64,000 nucleotides of DNA from the human T2T-CHM13v2.0 reference genome, Homo sapiens (GCF_009914755.1 NC_060930.1); one strand, 5' to 3'; shown: positions 32,313 through 49,549, counted from the first letter of the stretch. The notes: a model not told the origin generated them from the letters alone. Translations and numbers: made by a program.

Positions 32313-34100
32313 TTTGTGCTATAGTAATCAAAATAGCATGGTACTGGCATAAAAACAGACATACAGACCAGTGGAATAGAATAGAGAGCCCAGAAATAAA
32401 ATGCACACATTTAAGGCCAATTGATTTTTGACAAGGTTGCCAAGAACACAGAATGGGGAAAGGACAGTCTCTTCAATAAATGGTTTGGGACAACTGGCTA
32501 TCCATCTGCAGAAGAATGAAATTAGACCCTCATCTCACACCATATACAAAAATCAACTCAAAATGGATTAAAGACTTAAATGTAAAACCTGAAACTCTAA
32601 ATCTACCAGAAGAACACAAGGGAGAAAATCTCCATGAAAATGGTCTGGGCAATGATTTTTTTGGATACAACTCTAAAAGCACAGGCAGCAAAAGTGAAAA
32701 TAGACAAACAGGATTACATAAACTAAAAACCTTCAGCACAGCAAAGGAAACAGAGTGAAGATAAACCTAAGAAATGGGAGAAAATATTTTAAACCATATA
32801 TCTGAAAGGCAATTAATATTTAAAATATATAAGAAACTGAAAAAACTCAATGGCAAAAAAGCAAATAACCTGACTAAAAAATGGCAAAGCACACAAACAG
32901 ATATTGCTCAAAAGAAGACACCCAAATGGCCAACAGGTATATGAAGAACTGCTCAACGTCATTAATCAGCAGGGAAATGCAAATTAAAACCACAACGAGA
33001 TATTACCTCATACCTCTTAGAATGGCTATTATCAAAAAGACAAAGGGTAAAAAGTGCTGGTGAGATGCGGAGAAAGGGGAACATTTGCACATTGTTCTTA
33101 GGAATGTAAATTAGTGTAACCATTAAGTAAAGCAGTACAGAAGTTCCACAAAAAATTAAAAATAGAACTACTATGTTATTCAGCAATCCCACTAGTGGGT
33201 ATATATACAAAGCAAATACAATCAATATGTTGAAAAGATATTTGCACTCCCATGTTCTTTGTAGCATTATTAATAAAAGCCAAGATATGGAATCAAGCTA
33301 AGTGTCCATTAAAACAAATGAATGGATAAACAAAATTGTCCACACAATGAAAAGCTATTCAGTCTTAAAAAAGAAGAAAATGCTACCATTTGTAACAACA
33401 TGGATGAACTTGAAGGACATTATGTTAAGGGAAATAAGCCGGGCACAGAAAGACAAATACCATATGATCTGACTTACACTGTATGAGGAATTTTTAAAAA
33501 GTTGAATTCTTACAAGTAGAGAGTGTTCTTACTGCAAATAAATGATAAGTATGCAAAATAATGCATATGTTAATTAGCTTGATTTTGGTATTACAGAATG
33601 TGTACATATTTCAAAATATCATTTTTGATATAGTTTGGATATTTATCCCCTCCAAATCTTATGTTGAAATGTGAATCCCCAGTGTTGGAGTTGGGGTCTG
33701 GAGAAGGTGTTTGGATCATGGGGACAGATCCTTCACGAATGGCTTAGTGCCATCCCCTTGGCTAGGATTGAGTTCTTGCTCTGGTAGTTCATGTGAGATC
33801 TAGTTGTTTAAAAGAGCATGGCAACTTCCCCTACCCTTGCTCCCACTCTTGCCATGTGACATGCTTGCTCCCACCTCATCTTCCACCATGATTACAAGCT
33901 TCCCTAGACCCTCACCAGAAGCCAAGCCAATGTTGGTGCCATGTTTGTACAGCCTGCAGAACGGCAAGCCAATTTAATCTCTTTTCTTTATAAATAACCC
34001 AGCTTCAGGTATTTCTTTATAGTAATGCAAGAACAGCCTAACACAATGTTGCACACAATAAATATATACAATTTTTGTCATTTAAATATAAACAAATAAA
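32313..34100 (+). mobile_element. L1MA 3' portion interrupted by an MSTB LTR
   Basis: ORF2 fragments ([15 protein letters not shown]; REMQIKTT) and an L1MA 3'UTR resuming after 34044. Confidence 0.88.
33627..34044 (+). mobile_element. MaLR solo LTR, MSTB-like
   Basis: tgatatagtttggatatt...ggtatttctttatagtaatgcaagaacagcctaacaca. Confidence 0.9.
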
Positions 34101-34740
34101 GATAAATTTCTTTTTTTGTAAACAATAGTTTGAGCCATTTGAAATTCCTGATATTTGTGATTTTGGTCTGGAATATGGCAACCTAATGTCTGAAGTGGTT
34201 TTGTTTTTCTGGTTAGATTCTGAATGATATGGATCAACTAAGGAAGGGAACCTTCCCACCAAAAAGGGACTTTAAAATGCTGCCCCTGGCAGAGAGGATG
34301 CAGTAGGCAGAGAACAAGGGTGTCCCAGACACCACATTTGTATGGTTAAAGAGGCAGAGAAAGGCAGAACTGTCTGGCTAGGGAATACACACAGGTAGCC
34401 AGCATTTTCCAGGTGGGACCAGATCAGAGATCATAACTTTAAACAGATTGGCTGAGTCATTAGAGAAGAAAAAAAATAGAAGCCAATTGCAGAATTCTGC
34501 TAAAAAGTATTTATATTTCAATCAATACATGAAAAAAATTAATAAATTTCTCATCTAAGAGAATGCTTTAGTGACTTAAAACAAATCCTTTTGTCATCCT
34601 CATAAATACTCTGTATCTATTGCTTATGTTGTTTTATGGACTATTTCAATCCTACTATTCCATTATCTGGCTCCAGGCTGGACAAAGCTTGGAGAGCAGT
34701 TCCTTTATAGGACCTGGTTTTAGTGAGACTTCCTTCGGTT

Positions 34741-35237
34741 TGTGCTGAGCCATACTGAATTCTGAGGCAAAAGGGAAACTGTGCACCTCTATATGCACTT
34801 ATCAAAATATTCTCTCATATTTTGAACCAAAAAGAAAAAGTTAATAAAAGTGCTAATGCATTAATAAAAGAAAACATAACAATATATGAAGTCTCACATT
34901 GCCTGATCTGTTGGTGCCCATGTCAACCCTTATAAACCCACCTGAAGAGGGATGAAAGAGCCTCACAGGCCAGGAACCATGGGCAGATTGGAAATGACTG
35001 CTCCTGTCACAAAATAGTGCAATAAAACAAACAACAGCCTATCCTTATTTACAATTTTGACATGTGTTCATCATGGTAAATGATGAACCATGTACCATGG
35101 GTTTTTTTTGGTACTTTGGTACTTTAATTTTTAAAAATATTACATTTACATATTATCTTGAGTCCTGAGGTTTTGGCTCCTTTTAAATTTTGCACCTGAC
35201 ACTAGTGCCTTACTTGCTTCACTCTAATCCCAGCCCT
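34741..35237 (-). mobile_element. MER96B-like hAT element
   Basis: Ends gtgctgagccatact...tgaggcaaaagg and aaattttgcacctga...gccttacttgcttcactctaatcccagccct. Confidence 0.6.
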
Positions 35238-36284
35238 ACTTGGGTGGTGCACGTTACACACAAGGTGTGTTGAGATTAGGTGAAGAGGAAGAAGAAAGAG
35301 AGTCAGGCAAGTCTGCATAGGAATTCATGAAAAAGTATTCTAAGAATTGAAAAAAAAATCCCACTATGGACTGAAGGTCTTAATAACTATTATAATAAAG
35401 ATTGAGGGGAGAAAAACAGATACATCAAATCATGGGCAAATTGGTTTTGAATTGATGGAGGACACTGAAGGCTCAGATCTAGAAGGGGATCTGCAGAAAG
35501 ATACTTTATTGCTGAGCATGAATTTGTGAGAAAAATTTGAAATTGGGAAAATGGCCGTATAGGAGAATGATGCTGGTAATATAACTTGTCCTTATCAAGC
35601 AAAGTGGTTATCAATAATGAAGGCTGAAATATATCATTACTGGAATATTACCATAAACTGCATAAAGTGTCAAATTGGATCTCTTGCCCAGCCTGCATAG
35701 GAGAAAGCAGAATATGTTAACAATGAGGAAAAAAAAAATGAGACTCCCTAGGGGAGAAATGAAATGAGAAATACATTAGTTTGTATGTGAAGGCTGCAAA
35801 CTTAAAAGCAAAAAGAAAACAAATAAAACAGGCAGTCAAACCAACAAAATCTCAGATGATTCTAATGAAACAGGAGAATTTTGTACCTTTCATATATAAT
35901 GAAACAATATATCAAATTGCACCATAAATGAGACTTTTAACTTATAATTACATCTCAGGAAACTTTTCTCACAATCAGTTTTTTCTTTTGTTTTTAGCCT
36001 AGAATGAAGGGCACTCACAGTTGAGTCATGCCAAGCAGCAGGTTCCATTTTCCATATTGAATAGGGCAGTTAAGGCCTAGGTATTGCAGTACTAGTTTCC
36101 TGTGTTTCCTTGGCGAGGCCTAAATTCCTCTTTGCCTAAGAAAGAAAAAACCTCACTGGGAGGGGTGTTCAGTGAAAAGATTGACCTGAGCTGAAATTCA
36201 GCCAAGGCCTCCTACGACTTTTTATCCTCTGTCATTGCCCAGGAAGATGGGAAGGATCGTTGAACTTCAGTCTGACACACAGTC

Positions 36285-37512
<1,228 letters not shown>

Positions 37513-38070
37513 GTGTTCTCACTCTTATTTCTATGGGATACCACTGAAAATATTCAGCCCCTTGGAGCAATGTGGAAATCATGAGTGAAACTTATAAGAA
37601 AGATAGCAGATTACAGGTACACAGCACAATAGCAGTCTGGCTTTGTCCAACTTAAAAGATGAACCTGCTTCCTTTAACTAGTTCTGCTTGCCTCCTTTCC
37701 CTGAACTAGCAGGTCCTCTTTCCCACCTCAGGTTCTTCATGAAACATTACTCTTTTAAATCGCTTCTCCCAGGGAAATGCCCAAGTTGCAGTTCCAGTTT
37801 CCTTTCCAGGAAGCCACTGTGTCCCCAGCATTGATGTTTGTGTCTTTTATGGATGTCTTGCTCAGTACCCCTCACTACTGGTCTACCTCCAAGGTCTTAA
37901 GCCTTGTTCAACCCTCTTCTGTTGCCCTTCACATCCAATGATTGAAATAAATGTTTCCCACCATTAAAAGGCCCTTTTAGCGATTTCAGTTTTGTTCTAT
38001 CTCACTTTTCCTTCCTCTGGTCTTCTTCCTCCTTACCACTGCCAGTTCTCTCAGCTGTAACATTTCTGGC

Positions 38071-38245
38071 ATTTTGTTTTTCCTTTTTAGAAACAAGGTC
38101 TCACACTGTTGCCCAGGCTGGAGTGCAATGGCATGATCATAGCTCACTGCATTCTCCAACTCCTGGGCTCAAGCGATCCTCCTGCCTCAGCCCCCCGAGT
38201 AGTAATTACAGGCATGTGCCACTGTGCCTGGCTAATTTTTGTTTC
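38071..38245 (-). mobile_element. AluJ/FRAM arm
   Basis: Single Alu arm. Confidence 0.85.
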
Positions 38246-38543
38246 TCGAATACTGTACAGCATCATGTACAACTAAATCTATTTAAATTTAACACACATA
38301 AGATGCTTAAAACAAAAAGGGAGGCACATAATTTGCTTCCCTTGAGATACTCTGGCTTTCCAAGTTGAAGAAATTTACTGAAAGATCATTCAAGAATGTC
38401 CCAGATATAAAGTCTGACAAAATTATTGCAAACTCTCATGAAAAGCCCTTAAATCAATGGCAAACTTGCTATCCCATAGAATGAAGATTGGTTTGAGGAT
38501 CTAAAGAGTATATTTTCTTAAACTCTAAGCATATGCACATCTT

Positions 38544-39005
<462 letters not shown>

Positions 39006-39454
39006 ACCAAAAACCAATAAACATATGGTCATTCAAAGCAAATAAACAAACTTACAAAAACAAATAGATGTATTCATTTACTTCTCTGAAAGTGCTTTCA
39101 TTTGTTTCATCCCTATCAATGAAGTATGGCGAGTTTTGGAAATGCTGACTTTAGATGATATTTAGTAAGCATATTATTACAATTCTGTGGATTAGCACTT
39201 GTTCCAGCATTTCAAATTGCATAAAGCTCCTGCTAAAACACATTATTTGGCAAGGATTTTACTTAACCTGACAATACAGAGAACGGGCCAACTAGCAATG
39301 AAGAGTTATTTTTCTATCTCATTCATTGCCGTGGAAGAAAAATAGAAGAAGAAGCTGAAAATCCTCTTATCTTTTGGTTTACTCAATAGTCAAAATGTTA
39401 AATTCCCTCTGAGATTGATGGGACCTATTTAAAGATGAAACTCTCATTTTCCCA

Positions 39455-39567
39455 GGCCAGGCATGGTGGTTCATGTCTATAATCCCCACATTTTGGGAGG
39501 CTGAGGCAGGAGGATTGCTTGAGCCCAGGAGTTTGGGAACAGCCTGAGCAACATTAGGAGACCCCAC

Positions 39568-39609
<42 letters not shown>
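39455..39609 (+). mobile_element. FLAM/AluJ monomer with (CA)n tail
   Basis: Left-arm Alu followed by about 16 CA units; TSD tctcattttcc. Confidence 0.88.
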
Positions 39610-40098
39610 AATCTCATTTTCCTGCCTTTTACATATTTAAGGTCAGATGGATGATGTGACCCGTCACTTTGAGCAGAAGTGCATAACAATTCCAGAAGGT
39701 TGCTTAGTTGCCTGTGTAGACTCCCCTCCTGTAAACTGACAACTGCATGCAACTTGCAATCTACTGACACCTTCACAAATGCTGTTTCACTTTCTTAAAA
39801 TGTAAAAACTGAAGGAGATTATTCACAGGAGTTTCTATCCATGCCCCCCAATCCATTACAGATATTCTTTTTATTTCTACCTTAGGACTTCGAAGATGTC
39901 ACTTTCCCTCAAAGCAAGAACTACTTCTCTGATTAAAATGCTGATCACATTGTATACCTGTACTAATGCAATTCCCTACAATGGAACCCAAGGTGACATT
40001 TCTTCCTCATAGTCTCACAGGTGGCTTTGTCTGTGGTTGGTTATTCTCTGGCCTCAAACCATTTGCATGAAGGATGCTTCTCACTTTCTGTAAAAATG

Positions 40099-40442
<344 letters not shown>

Positions 40443-40905
40443 TCATTTGAGTCCAGATAAGGGAACATGATACAGAAACCCTTGCAGCTATGAAAACACC
40501 ATGTCTCGATCACTTGAGAAGTGATTAATGGGAGAATGGAAAATTGTGGAACTGGTTAGATGCCACTTTGACCACCTAACCTATGCCAGCCCCCTTCTGA
40601 ACAACCTTCTCTCTATTCTCTTTCCATTATTGAGTGCATATTTCCTGTCCTCTCTTCTTCTGCTACGAGCTCCTTCCAGTTCCTCAAGAATGGACACCTA
40701 TTACCATCAATGACAAACACATTCTTTTATATTATAATTAAGTGCATCCTGTCAGGCAAACCTGCTTTCTCTTTGCACCAGACAGATTGTTGAATTGTGA
40801 CTTGATTTTGTCTGTTCCAGTTCTGTCTTTGCATATATGGTACTGACATAACGTATAAGGCACCTTGTTTTTTTCCGACTGTGCTGAGCTCATTCAAGAC
40901 ATACT

Positions 40906-41310
40906 GTGATGATTAATTTGATGTGTCAACTTGGCTAGGGCACAGTACCCAGATATTATTGTATATGTTTCTGTGAAGGTATTTTAAAAGATGAGATTAA
41001 CATTTAAATCAGTGGACTCTGAGTAAAGCAGATTACCCTACATAGTGTGAGTGGGCCTCATCCAATTAGCTAAAGGCCTCAATAGGAAAAAGACTGATGT
41101 CTGCAGAGGAAAAGGGAATTCTGCCAGCAGATGGCCTTCGGACCATCGACTGCAACAAGAACTGCATCAAAGTGCAACTTTCCCTGGTTTTCCAGCCTGC
41201 CACCTGCAGGCTTTGAACTTTCAGATTTTGAACTTGCCAGCCTCCACAATAATATGAGCCAGCTCCTTAAATAAATCTCTCTCTCCCTCTCTCTCTTTCT
41301 CATTGTGTTC
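40906..41310 (+). mobile_element. ERVL solo LTR, MLT2C/D-like
   Basis: tgtgatgattaatt..tgtgtcaacttggctagg...gagattaacatttaaatcagtggactctgagtaaagcagattaccct. Confidence 0.85.
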
Positions 41311-42254
41311 CATTCCAGCATGAAATTCAACAGCAGGTGTTCAACTCCAGCATGAAAAGAAATTTGGTGTCTTGTGTATAACATAGATGACCATGGGGGT
41401 GTTTCATTTCATGGTGATCCAGACTCTTTGACCTATCCTTCTCCATCCACCATTATCCAAAGTAGTCCCTGGTTTATTTTACTTTTTAAATAAAATATCT
41501 CTTGTATCATCTTCCTTCCTTCCTTTGTATCCATGCCCCCAAAGCTTCACACCAAATACAGAACAAAATCCTCCACTTTCCTACTTTTCACCTACCAAGC
41601 TGTAGGCAGACAAACTTTCCCTAAGCCCCATTTTCATTACCACCTTCATTTTCTGAAAGCCCAGAACAAACTCCTTTTTCTGACTTTTAAGGCCCTGCTT
41701 GATATATATCCTTCCCCTACTTATTTCTCAGCATTCTTCCCTGAAACTCACTCCAGTCTCTGCAGCTTTGCTTATGAAACTTATTATACTTGGAGGGTCA
41801 TCTCCTTTCTCTTCACGAAAGTCCTTTATACCCTTCTCAACCCAAGCAAAGCTCCATGAGTGCTTTCTTTGATATCTCTGCTTCTCACTGTTTTTCTCCT
41901 CTTCTGAACTAAAATAATTATGTACCTCTGTTTAGTCTATGTAAAGTTAAAGTAGTATTTATATTTTATACATAACATCTTACATTGTTCACTATTTCAT
42001 ATGTGTAGGTCTTGAATAAAGGAAATAGATGGGAAGTGTACTGAGGTCTCTTGTGAACTTAATCTTCCTTTTCAGAGCCAGACTTTGTGCTTGTTGAACA
42101 AAGAATAGTGAATGTGGAAATTCTGGTGTTGTTAATTAGTTATTAACAACTATTAGTTGTTAATAGTTCTTAATATGAAATTTCAATTTACCCCCAAATT
42201 TAGGCCTCGGAAACATCACAGACATATGTAACGGGGCATTGGTATTTAAATTGG

Positions 42255-42645
42255 GATTACATCTTTGACAGCTGTCGTAACAGAATACCATAGATCAATG
42301 ACTCAAACAATGGATATTTATTTCTCACAACTCAGGAGGCCATGAAGTCCAAGATCAAGGCACCAGAAAAACCAGTGTCTAGTGAGGTCACTCTTCTTAG
42401 TTTGTAGGCAGCTGTCCTCTAGTTGTATCCCCACATGGCGGAAAAGGAGAGAGAGAAAGAGAGAGAGAAAGGGAGAGAAAGGGAGAGAGAGAGAAAGAAA
42501 GAGAGAGAGAGAAAGGGAGAGAGAAATCATCCCTCTTTTGTCTCTTCTTATAAGGGCTCGGCCCTCATGACCTAATTACATCCCAAAGGCTCTTACCTTT
42601 GACCTAATTACCTTCCAAATACCATCACAGTGGGGATTTAGGTCT
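42255..42645 (-). mobile_element. MaLR solo LTR, MLT1A-like, with a (GA)-rich expansion at 42443-42525
   Basis: atttatttctcaca...gaagtccaagatcaagg...ccctcatgacctaattac. Confidence 0.8.
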
Positions 42646-43432
42646 TTCTTCCTTAAGTCTTACAGTAACCTTTCTCAAAAAACGTTCTCAATTTTCCACA
42701 CATGATAACTGAGTGATATATTTTTAAGATTTAAGATTTTTGTTAAAATAGTCACAGTGGCTTAATTTTGAAAAGCATTTAAAAGTTTATTCAAGCAGGG
42801 CTGTTCTCCTTGTCATTAGAGCTGTTTACTACTGAGGGATGATCAGAGAATAGCGCTCAATAGGTTTGTCCTAACTGTTTCAGTGCCAGCAAGTGTGAAA
42901 GGAAACAGAACCAAGCCAGCTTCCAGGTAGTCTGTGAGGGGCTGCAGAGCTCTGTGGCATGGTGCAAGCCTCTCCTCCTGGCCTGAGCTGCTGTGTGCTG
43001 GTTTTCTGGCACTGGTGAGGTGCTAGCACTTCAGCTAGAGTTAGCAGGATACAAATACCACTCCTGCAGTGTGTTAGGGTCCACTTGAAGAAACAAGAAG
43101 GGGTAGAATACAGATGCTAAATCCAAAGTGAAAAATATGCCAAACACCCAAAACTGAAATTGGGAAACAAAACAAAACAAAAGTCACTGGGCCGTTGGAA
43201 TGAAACCTCTAAATCAGGATGTGTAGGAGGACAAAGCATGCATAGCTGCCTCTAGCTCAATAGATTTAAAGTAATCTGGGTGACAGTTTCCTAAAGAAGG
43301 TCTGAGATAGAAATCTTGAATCCCTAGAATCATTCCATTTACCTATTTATCTATTTCCTGTGTTTATCAACCTCTGCTTTTTTCTGTAAAATACTGGATA
43401 GTTCAATGAAAAGTACTGCTCATAATGGATAC

Positions 43433-43789
43433 TGTATTAGTCTGTTCTCATACTGCTCATAAAGACATATCTGAGGCTGGGTAATTTATAAAGGAAAGAG
43501 GTTTAATGGACTCACAGTTCCATCATGGCAGAAGGCAAGGAGGAGCATGTCACGTCTTACATGGATGACAGCAGGCATAGAGAGAGAGCTTGGGCAGGGG
43601 AACTCCTTTTTATAAAACCATCAGAGTTTGTGAGATTTATTCACTATCACAGAACAGCACGGGAAAGACCCACCCCCATGATTCAATTACCTCTGGGTGG
43701 GTCCCTCCCATGACACATGGGAATTGTGGGAGCCACAATTCAATATGAGATTTGGGTGGGGATACAGCAAAACCATATAAACCATATTA
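43433..43789 (-). mobile_element. THE1 (B/C-like) solo LTR
   Basis: tgtattagtctgttctca...gagatttgggtggggatacag; 5-bp TSD gatac (43428-43432 and 43790-43794). Confidence 0.93.
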
Positions 43790-44129
43790 GATACTTACCA
43801 GTCTTTTCCTTTGTATGGATGTGAGCTAACAAAAAAGGATGGAAGCAAAAAACTGACCCTGTCAAAGACCTGAGAACTAGCAAAGGCTAGCATCTCCTAG
43901 GATGTGCTCACTAACCACTGACTAAAAAGAGGTAAGAGGAGGGCAATATTTGAACACCTGAGAGGCACGGCTAAAACCAGTTCACTGACCTGGTACAGAA
44001 ACTGCAGACACATATATTACCACTTTCTGTTAATGAGCCTGTACAGACATTATTCATCAATCAGGCCAGCCTTTCTTGCTGAATCCATTCATGGATTCAG
44101 AATTTATGTTGGTTTTAATTTTTAAATAC

Positions 44130-44985
44130 CAATAAAATCAATTCACTTCTATTCATCTCTCCTTCCATCACCAATGTCCTAGCTATCAACATTTCTAGAC
44201 TGAATTACCGTTAAGACTCTTCTAATTGATTGCTTGCATTTGCTGACCTCCAGCCAGTTCTCCACAATATAGTCAGAAGGATCTATTTAAACCTAAATTT
44301 GAGGTGTCATTGTTTTTCTTAAAACCTTTTAGTGATTCTTTGCAGGGCTTATAAAGCTCTATGCTTCTAGAGCTTCACCATTTTCTCTCCAAATTCCTGT
44401 GCTCTAGCTACGATGGCTTTCTTCACTTTCCTTCAATGTGCCACACCACTGCCAGCTTCAGCTACTCCCCTCTGCTGAAAATACCCTTCACCACCCCTCC
44501 TCAGTTTTTATTTTTTGCCTTCTTGTCGTTCAGATCTCAGTTTAAACATTGTTTCCTTAAGAGAGTCAATTGGCTACATAGAATTTATAATAAGGAATAC
44601 TGTGTATTTTATTATTTGTAAATTGTGTTACATATCCTCTGTATCAGCAAAATTTTATAATAAACTTCTCTATGCATATATATTCCACATTGTTTTTAGA
44701 TTGGCTGTTAAGCATTTACTAGCACATCACTGACGAGCTTCAGTGGTCACGGGGTAATTGGTTGTATTGGTTTCCTTCTTTTCTGCACTTCACTTCTCCA
44801 TTGCCTTACTGAATTTACTGGTATCATCCCTGAAATAAACTCCTTGTAATTGAATCCTTGTTTCGGGGTCTGTTTTGGGGGAACCCAAATCATGACAGGC
44901 ATAAAGTATATCTGCCTTGTTCACCAACTTATCCCCTGTGCCTAATAAGCACCACATAAATATTTGTTGAATGAATAAATGAATG
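44130..44985 (+). mobile_element. L2 fragments with an ERVL (LTR16-like) 3' piece at about 44770-44897
   Basis: L2 end aaatatttgttgaatgaataaatgaat; aataaactcc...gggtctgttttgggggaacccaaa. Confidence 0.55.
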
Positions 44986-46699
44986 ATCACAGCATCCCAG
45001 AGAGCCACTGGTAATTAAGGTAATTCATTGAAGTCCTTTTTACTCTGTGGTGTCCTGGAACATAAAGAGTTTGCTTGAATCTGTGGCCTACAGTGCCCCT
45101 GGAATTCACCTGTGATGGAACGGTTTCCCATCTAAAGATGTGCAGAGAATCTACATGGGACCCCTGGGGAAATCAACGTGCACTAGTGGCATATGGGGCA
45201 AAGCCAGAGAATGGACTTACATGATATAAGGGAGGTGAGGGAGAGAACTCTCCTGAGAAAGAAAAAGGAGAAACAATGGCTTCAAGGTGAGATAAAGTCA
45301 CCAAGAGTTACTGAAAACTGCTTGGTACACACTATTATCTGAATATGTACCTGTATTCATGTGAAGGAGTATCAGCATGGAAGGAAGAGAAAGATGCAAT
45401 TTCTAACTACAACCACCGTTAACTGCTTTTATCCCCGCATAAGAGGCAGGATTTATCTTAGAAACAGGTGATCTCTGTTCAGTATAATGTTGGAAAGAGA
45501 TTAAACAGATCACTACTCTTCATAAAAACTGGACTGTAACTTGGGAAAGGAGTTGGGAGCAGCCTGGAAAAAGGGTGGTCATGAGGAGGGCTTTGAGGGA
45601 ATGAGGGCTTAACATCATGATGCAACAGGGAATGACCAAGATAGCACTGGCTAGGGAGAACTTTCCAGCAAAGGATGTGACTGACATGTCAAGACAGGAC
45701 AGCTATGTAATAACTTGAGGTTGGTGACTGGGTGGTGCTGCACTATGGCTTCCTCCTGTCCTTATCACCTCAACCCACAATAAAGTTGATCTACTCATAG
45801 AAATATCATCTCTGAATGGTGATGAGGAATAATTATGGAAATCTAGACTGTTCACCTCCAGAATGAAGAGGGAGTGAAAGACGGGAACAGATTCAAAAAG
45901 GCAGATGGAATAATATCTCTTCACTAGAGGGCAGAAAGTCAGAAAAATTTTCTTGGGAATTGCCAAAATTTGAGGGAGGGTACTGAATTTCCCAAACTGA
46001 AATTCTGAAGGACATATTAAGTCACCTGACATTTCTAGGCTAAATCTAGAAGTACCAAATTTGAGAGTTGAAAGAACTTTGATTCACTTTTCATCTTTTC
46101 CTGGGCATCATAAAGATTGTATCTAGGGATGAGGTGAAATTGGAAGTCTTAGTTGAATGGCCATTCTTTCTTTTCTTTAGATGACATTTTTCTTGTAGAC
46201 CTCTCTGAATAATTTTTATAAGCAATAAACTTCTGTTAGGAAAACCTTGCTCCCTGGTAAGAAAGAACAGGCAAAAATATTGACCACTGTTGCCTAAACT
46301 CAGTTCGGCTGAGTTGTTCTTAAAACTCTTTCAAGTCTTACTTTTACCCTTTCATCCTAAAGTGGAGCAATTTAAATAACATCTTTGCCAAGCCTTCCTG
46401 ATTGAGTTAGGAAGTGTACATTTTTGGGCTGGGAGAGAGGCTAACTGCAAATTTCTTTCCCTGCATACCTACGTTTAATCAATGTGGTAGTGGGTACATC
46501 ACATGAGGTGGAGCTGATTAAATTTCTTCAGCACTCTTATTTTGATGAAAGTATTTACCAATAAGGGACATTGCCTTACACGTGAGGCTGTCTGAGGAGC
46601 TGCGTGGGTACCAGCACAGGGAGGGCACATATCCTCCAGGCATTTACTGTCTGAGATGATAGTACTGATAGGCCCAACAAGGTCGACAGCAGTGACAAA

Positions 46700-47130
46700 T
46701 AGTTATGAAACTGCAATTATATGCCAGCCACTGTGCTTAGCACAGGAATTTTAAAAAAAGGAATAAGAACATATCTTTTTACTTCAGGAATTCAGTCTTG
46801 GAGGGATTCCAGACATGCATAGCAATACTTTCAATTCTGTATTGAATTGAAATGTTTGATGGCAGTCTAGATGACTTTTTGCTGTGGAATCAGGGAACAG
46901 ATGGTAATTATAAATCCTTTTCAGGGAGCCGTTGGGGAAAACTTCACAGAGAAAGTAGCATGTTAGCTGAAACTAAAATATGAGTTGGAGGTCATCAAGC
47001 TGCAAGAATGGAAGACTATTACAGGCACAAGAAAAAATAACTGTGTAAAGGCACAAGAACGTGACAATGAATGACAAATTTTGGCAATGGTGAGTGGTGT
47101 GACCAGAACTGATGGCCAAATACTGCTTCT
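46700..47130 (-). mobile_element. L2 fragment
   Basis: tatgccagccactgtgct; ttcacagagaaagtagcatgttagctga; gtgtaaaggcaca. Confidence 0.5.
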
Positions 47131-47854
47131 AGAACATTGATTTGGCTCTAAGCTTTTTACTAGACAGATTAAAAAGGGAACTAGATTATTCCAATAAAGT
47201 CTGACTTTCATGGAGATATTGTAATACAAATTCATTCATTCACTGCTGTAATTCCTTTAACATGTATTAATTTTTAATATAGCATCTGGCTGGACACTGC
47301 CAATATAGGAATGAATAGAGACAGACGGCTGTCCCTGACCACATGGAACATTAGCAGCTTGGTTTTACATTGAGATCATTCAGTTTAGCTCATGTCACGG
47401 ATTCCTTCTGATGGAGTCAAAGGCTGAGATGAGACAAAGAAAAGTTGGAAATGTGCTAATTTTAACATATTACCTAGATGGGCAATAAAAGACAAAGCAA
47501 TGTCCAATAGTACAGTAGCTCTGCTTAAAGTTTGCTTCTTCACTTAAAATACTGCAATTTATTAAGAGACCTGGTTTCTGTCTTAAATGGAATATGTTGC
47601 AAGTGAAAAAGTCTGCAATTTGGGAGGGAGGACACTAAAGAACTTCTCTCCTGATAGACCAGATGATCATTCTAATCAACTAAAAGAGAAATGTATTGCC
47701 GCCTACACGTCTAAACCAAACCAAACCACAAAAAATTTTTACCCTGTGAATTAATACTATTTTTGAACAAGTTGGATACATGTTGTGTGGAGGACAGAAT
47801 ATCAAGTTTCTCCTATATGTGGATGACTCATTTTTATGAAATAGGAGTGATCTT

Positions 47855-48266
<412 letters not shown>

Positions 48267-49234
48267 TAGATGCATATTTTGCAAGAACTTTATCTCAGAA
48301 TTAACTACTAAGTTAAACTGCTGAAGCTGAAAGATTTCTTTGAGTGCTTTACAGAGATTTTAATGGCCTGGTGGGTGTTTGGTGACACTAACCTTAAAAA
48401 TTTTCCAGGCTAAAATTATCTCAGTAATACTGTGGTGCAGGATTTTGGAGCCCTAATTTTCATTTTACCTGTACATGGGAAAAGGCCAGAACTGTTTTAT
48501 GAGGGAGGGAAGGCTTGCTCTTGTCCAGAGTGCCCCTGCACTTTTTTTTTGTTTGTTTGTTTTCTGTTTTCCGTTTTCCATGTATAACTGTCTTTTTATC
48601 ACGAATGTTTCCCAGTTAGGGTTTCCATTTTTCATTAAGATATGTCATTTCTACTCCCATTTGGGCTGATTATGAAAGCATATGGATCTGCTCTTGTCAA
48701 TGTGGAATATTTGCACTCTAGGTCCAGGTCAGCAAATATAACTCTTCTTGCTCAATACAAATCACAAGCTCAAATATGAGATATAATTTCTACTTATAGA
48801 GCATTGACTGAAGGTTAGACAGCACAGCTATTCCTCTAAATAATGCAAAATCAATTCTTGAATTAAGGCAGACTGTCAGCACCTAGCCCCTCCTGGAACT
48901 TCTGTAATGAACTTGGCTTTGGCATTCATTGCACATGTCCAGGGAGGGCCTTAAAGGAAACACTTGACACTGGTTTTACACAGCAGGAAGGTTCATGTGG
49001 ACAGGACATGGTACTATAACCGAGACTGTCCTCCTTATGAGAATTCAGCAGATAAATTTTTCTCCTAAGCAATTACCATGCTGTAAGCATGCAGATCTAT
49101 ATTAGGTGACTAATTGTATTTTCCTCTTTACACAGCCTGTTAAGAAGCTCAGAGTCAAATCATGAAGCATCTAAAGCAAACCTACTGAACTCTATGATGT
49201 TTATTTTGTATATGATTTTTCCTACAGAGTTATC

Positions 49235-49380
49235 TTATTTTAATAAATTTATTGATGTGAAACTTATAACACATAAAATTAACTATTTTAAGGTAAATGA
49301 TTCAGTGGCATTTGGCACATTCACAATGTTGTGTGATCACCACCTCAATCTAGTTCCCAAACACTTCCATTTCACTAAAG
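49235..49380 (-). mobile_element. L1MB 3' terminal fragment
   Basis: ttcagtggcatttggcacattcacaatgttgtg. Confidence 0.7.
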
Positions 49381-49549
49381 GAGTAATCTTTGTTTTATTT
49401 TCTCTTCCATTTTTCTTTCCATTCTTTAAAACAAAATCTTTTTGTATGGATCCATGTCTGTAAATCGCTATAAATCTTTTTTAAAATGATGTAGGATTTT
49501 AATAAGCAAAATTAAAAAAATTTAATGATAAGCCACACTGCAGGATATG

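Noticed and set aside
41314-41357. 12-bp direct repeat tccagcatgaaa; also a 9-bp-arm inverted repeat at 24307-24331
   Set aside because: Too short to distinguish from chance or minor slippage
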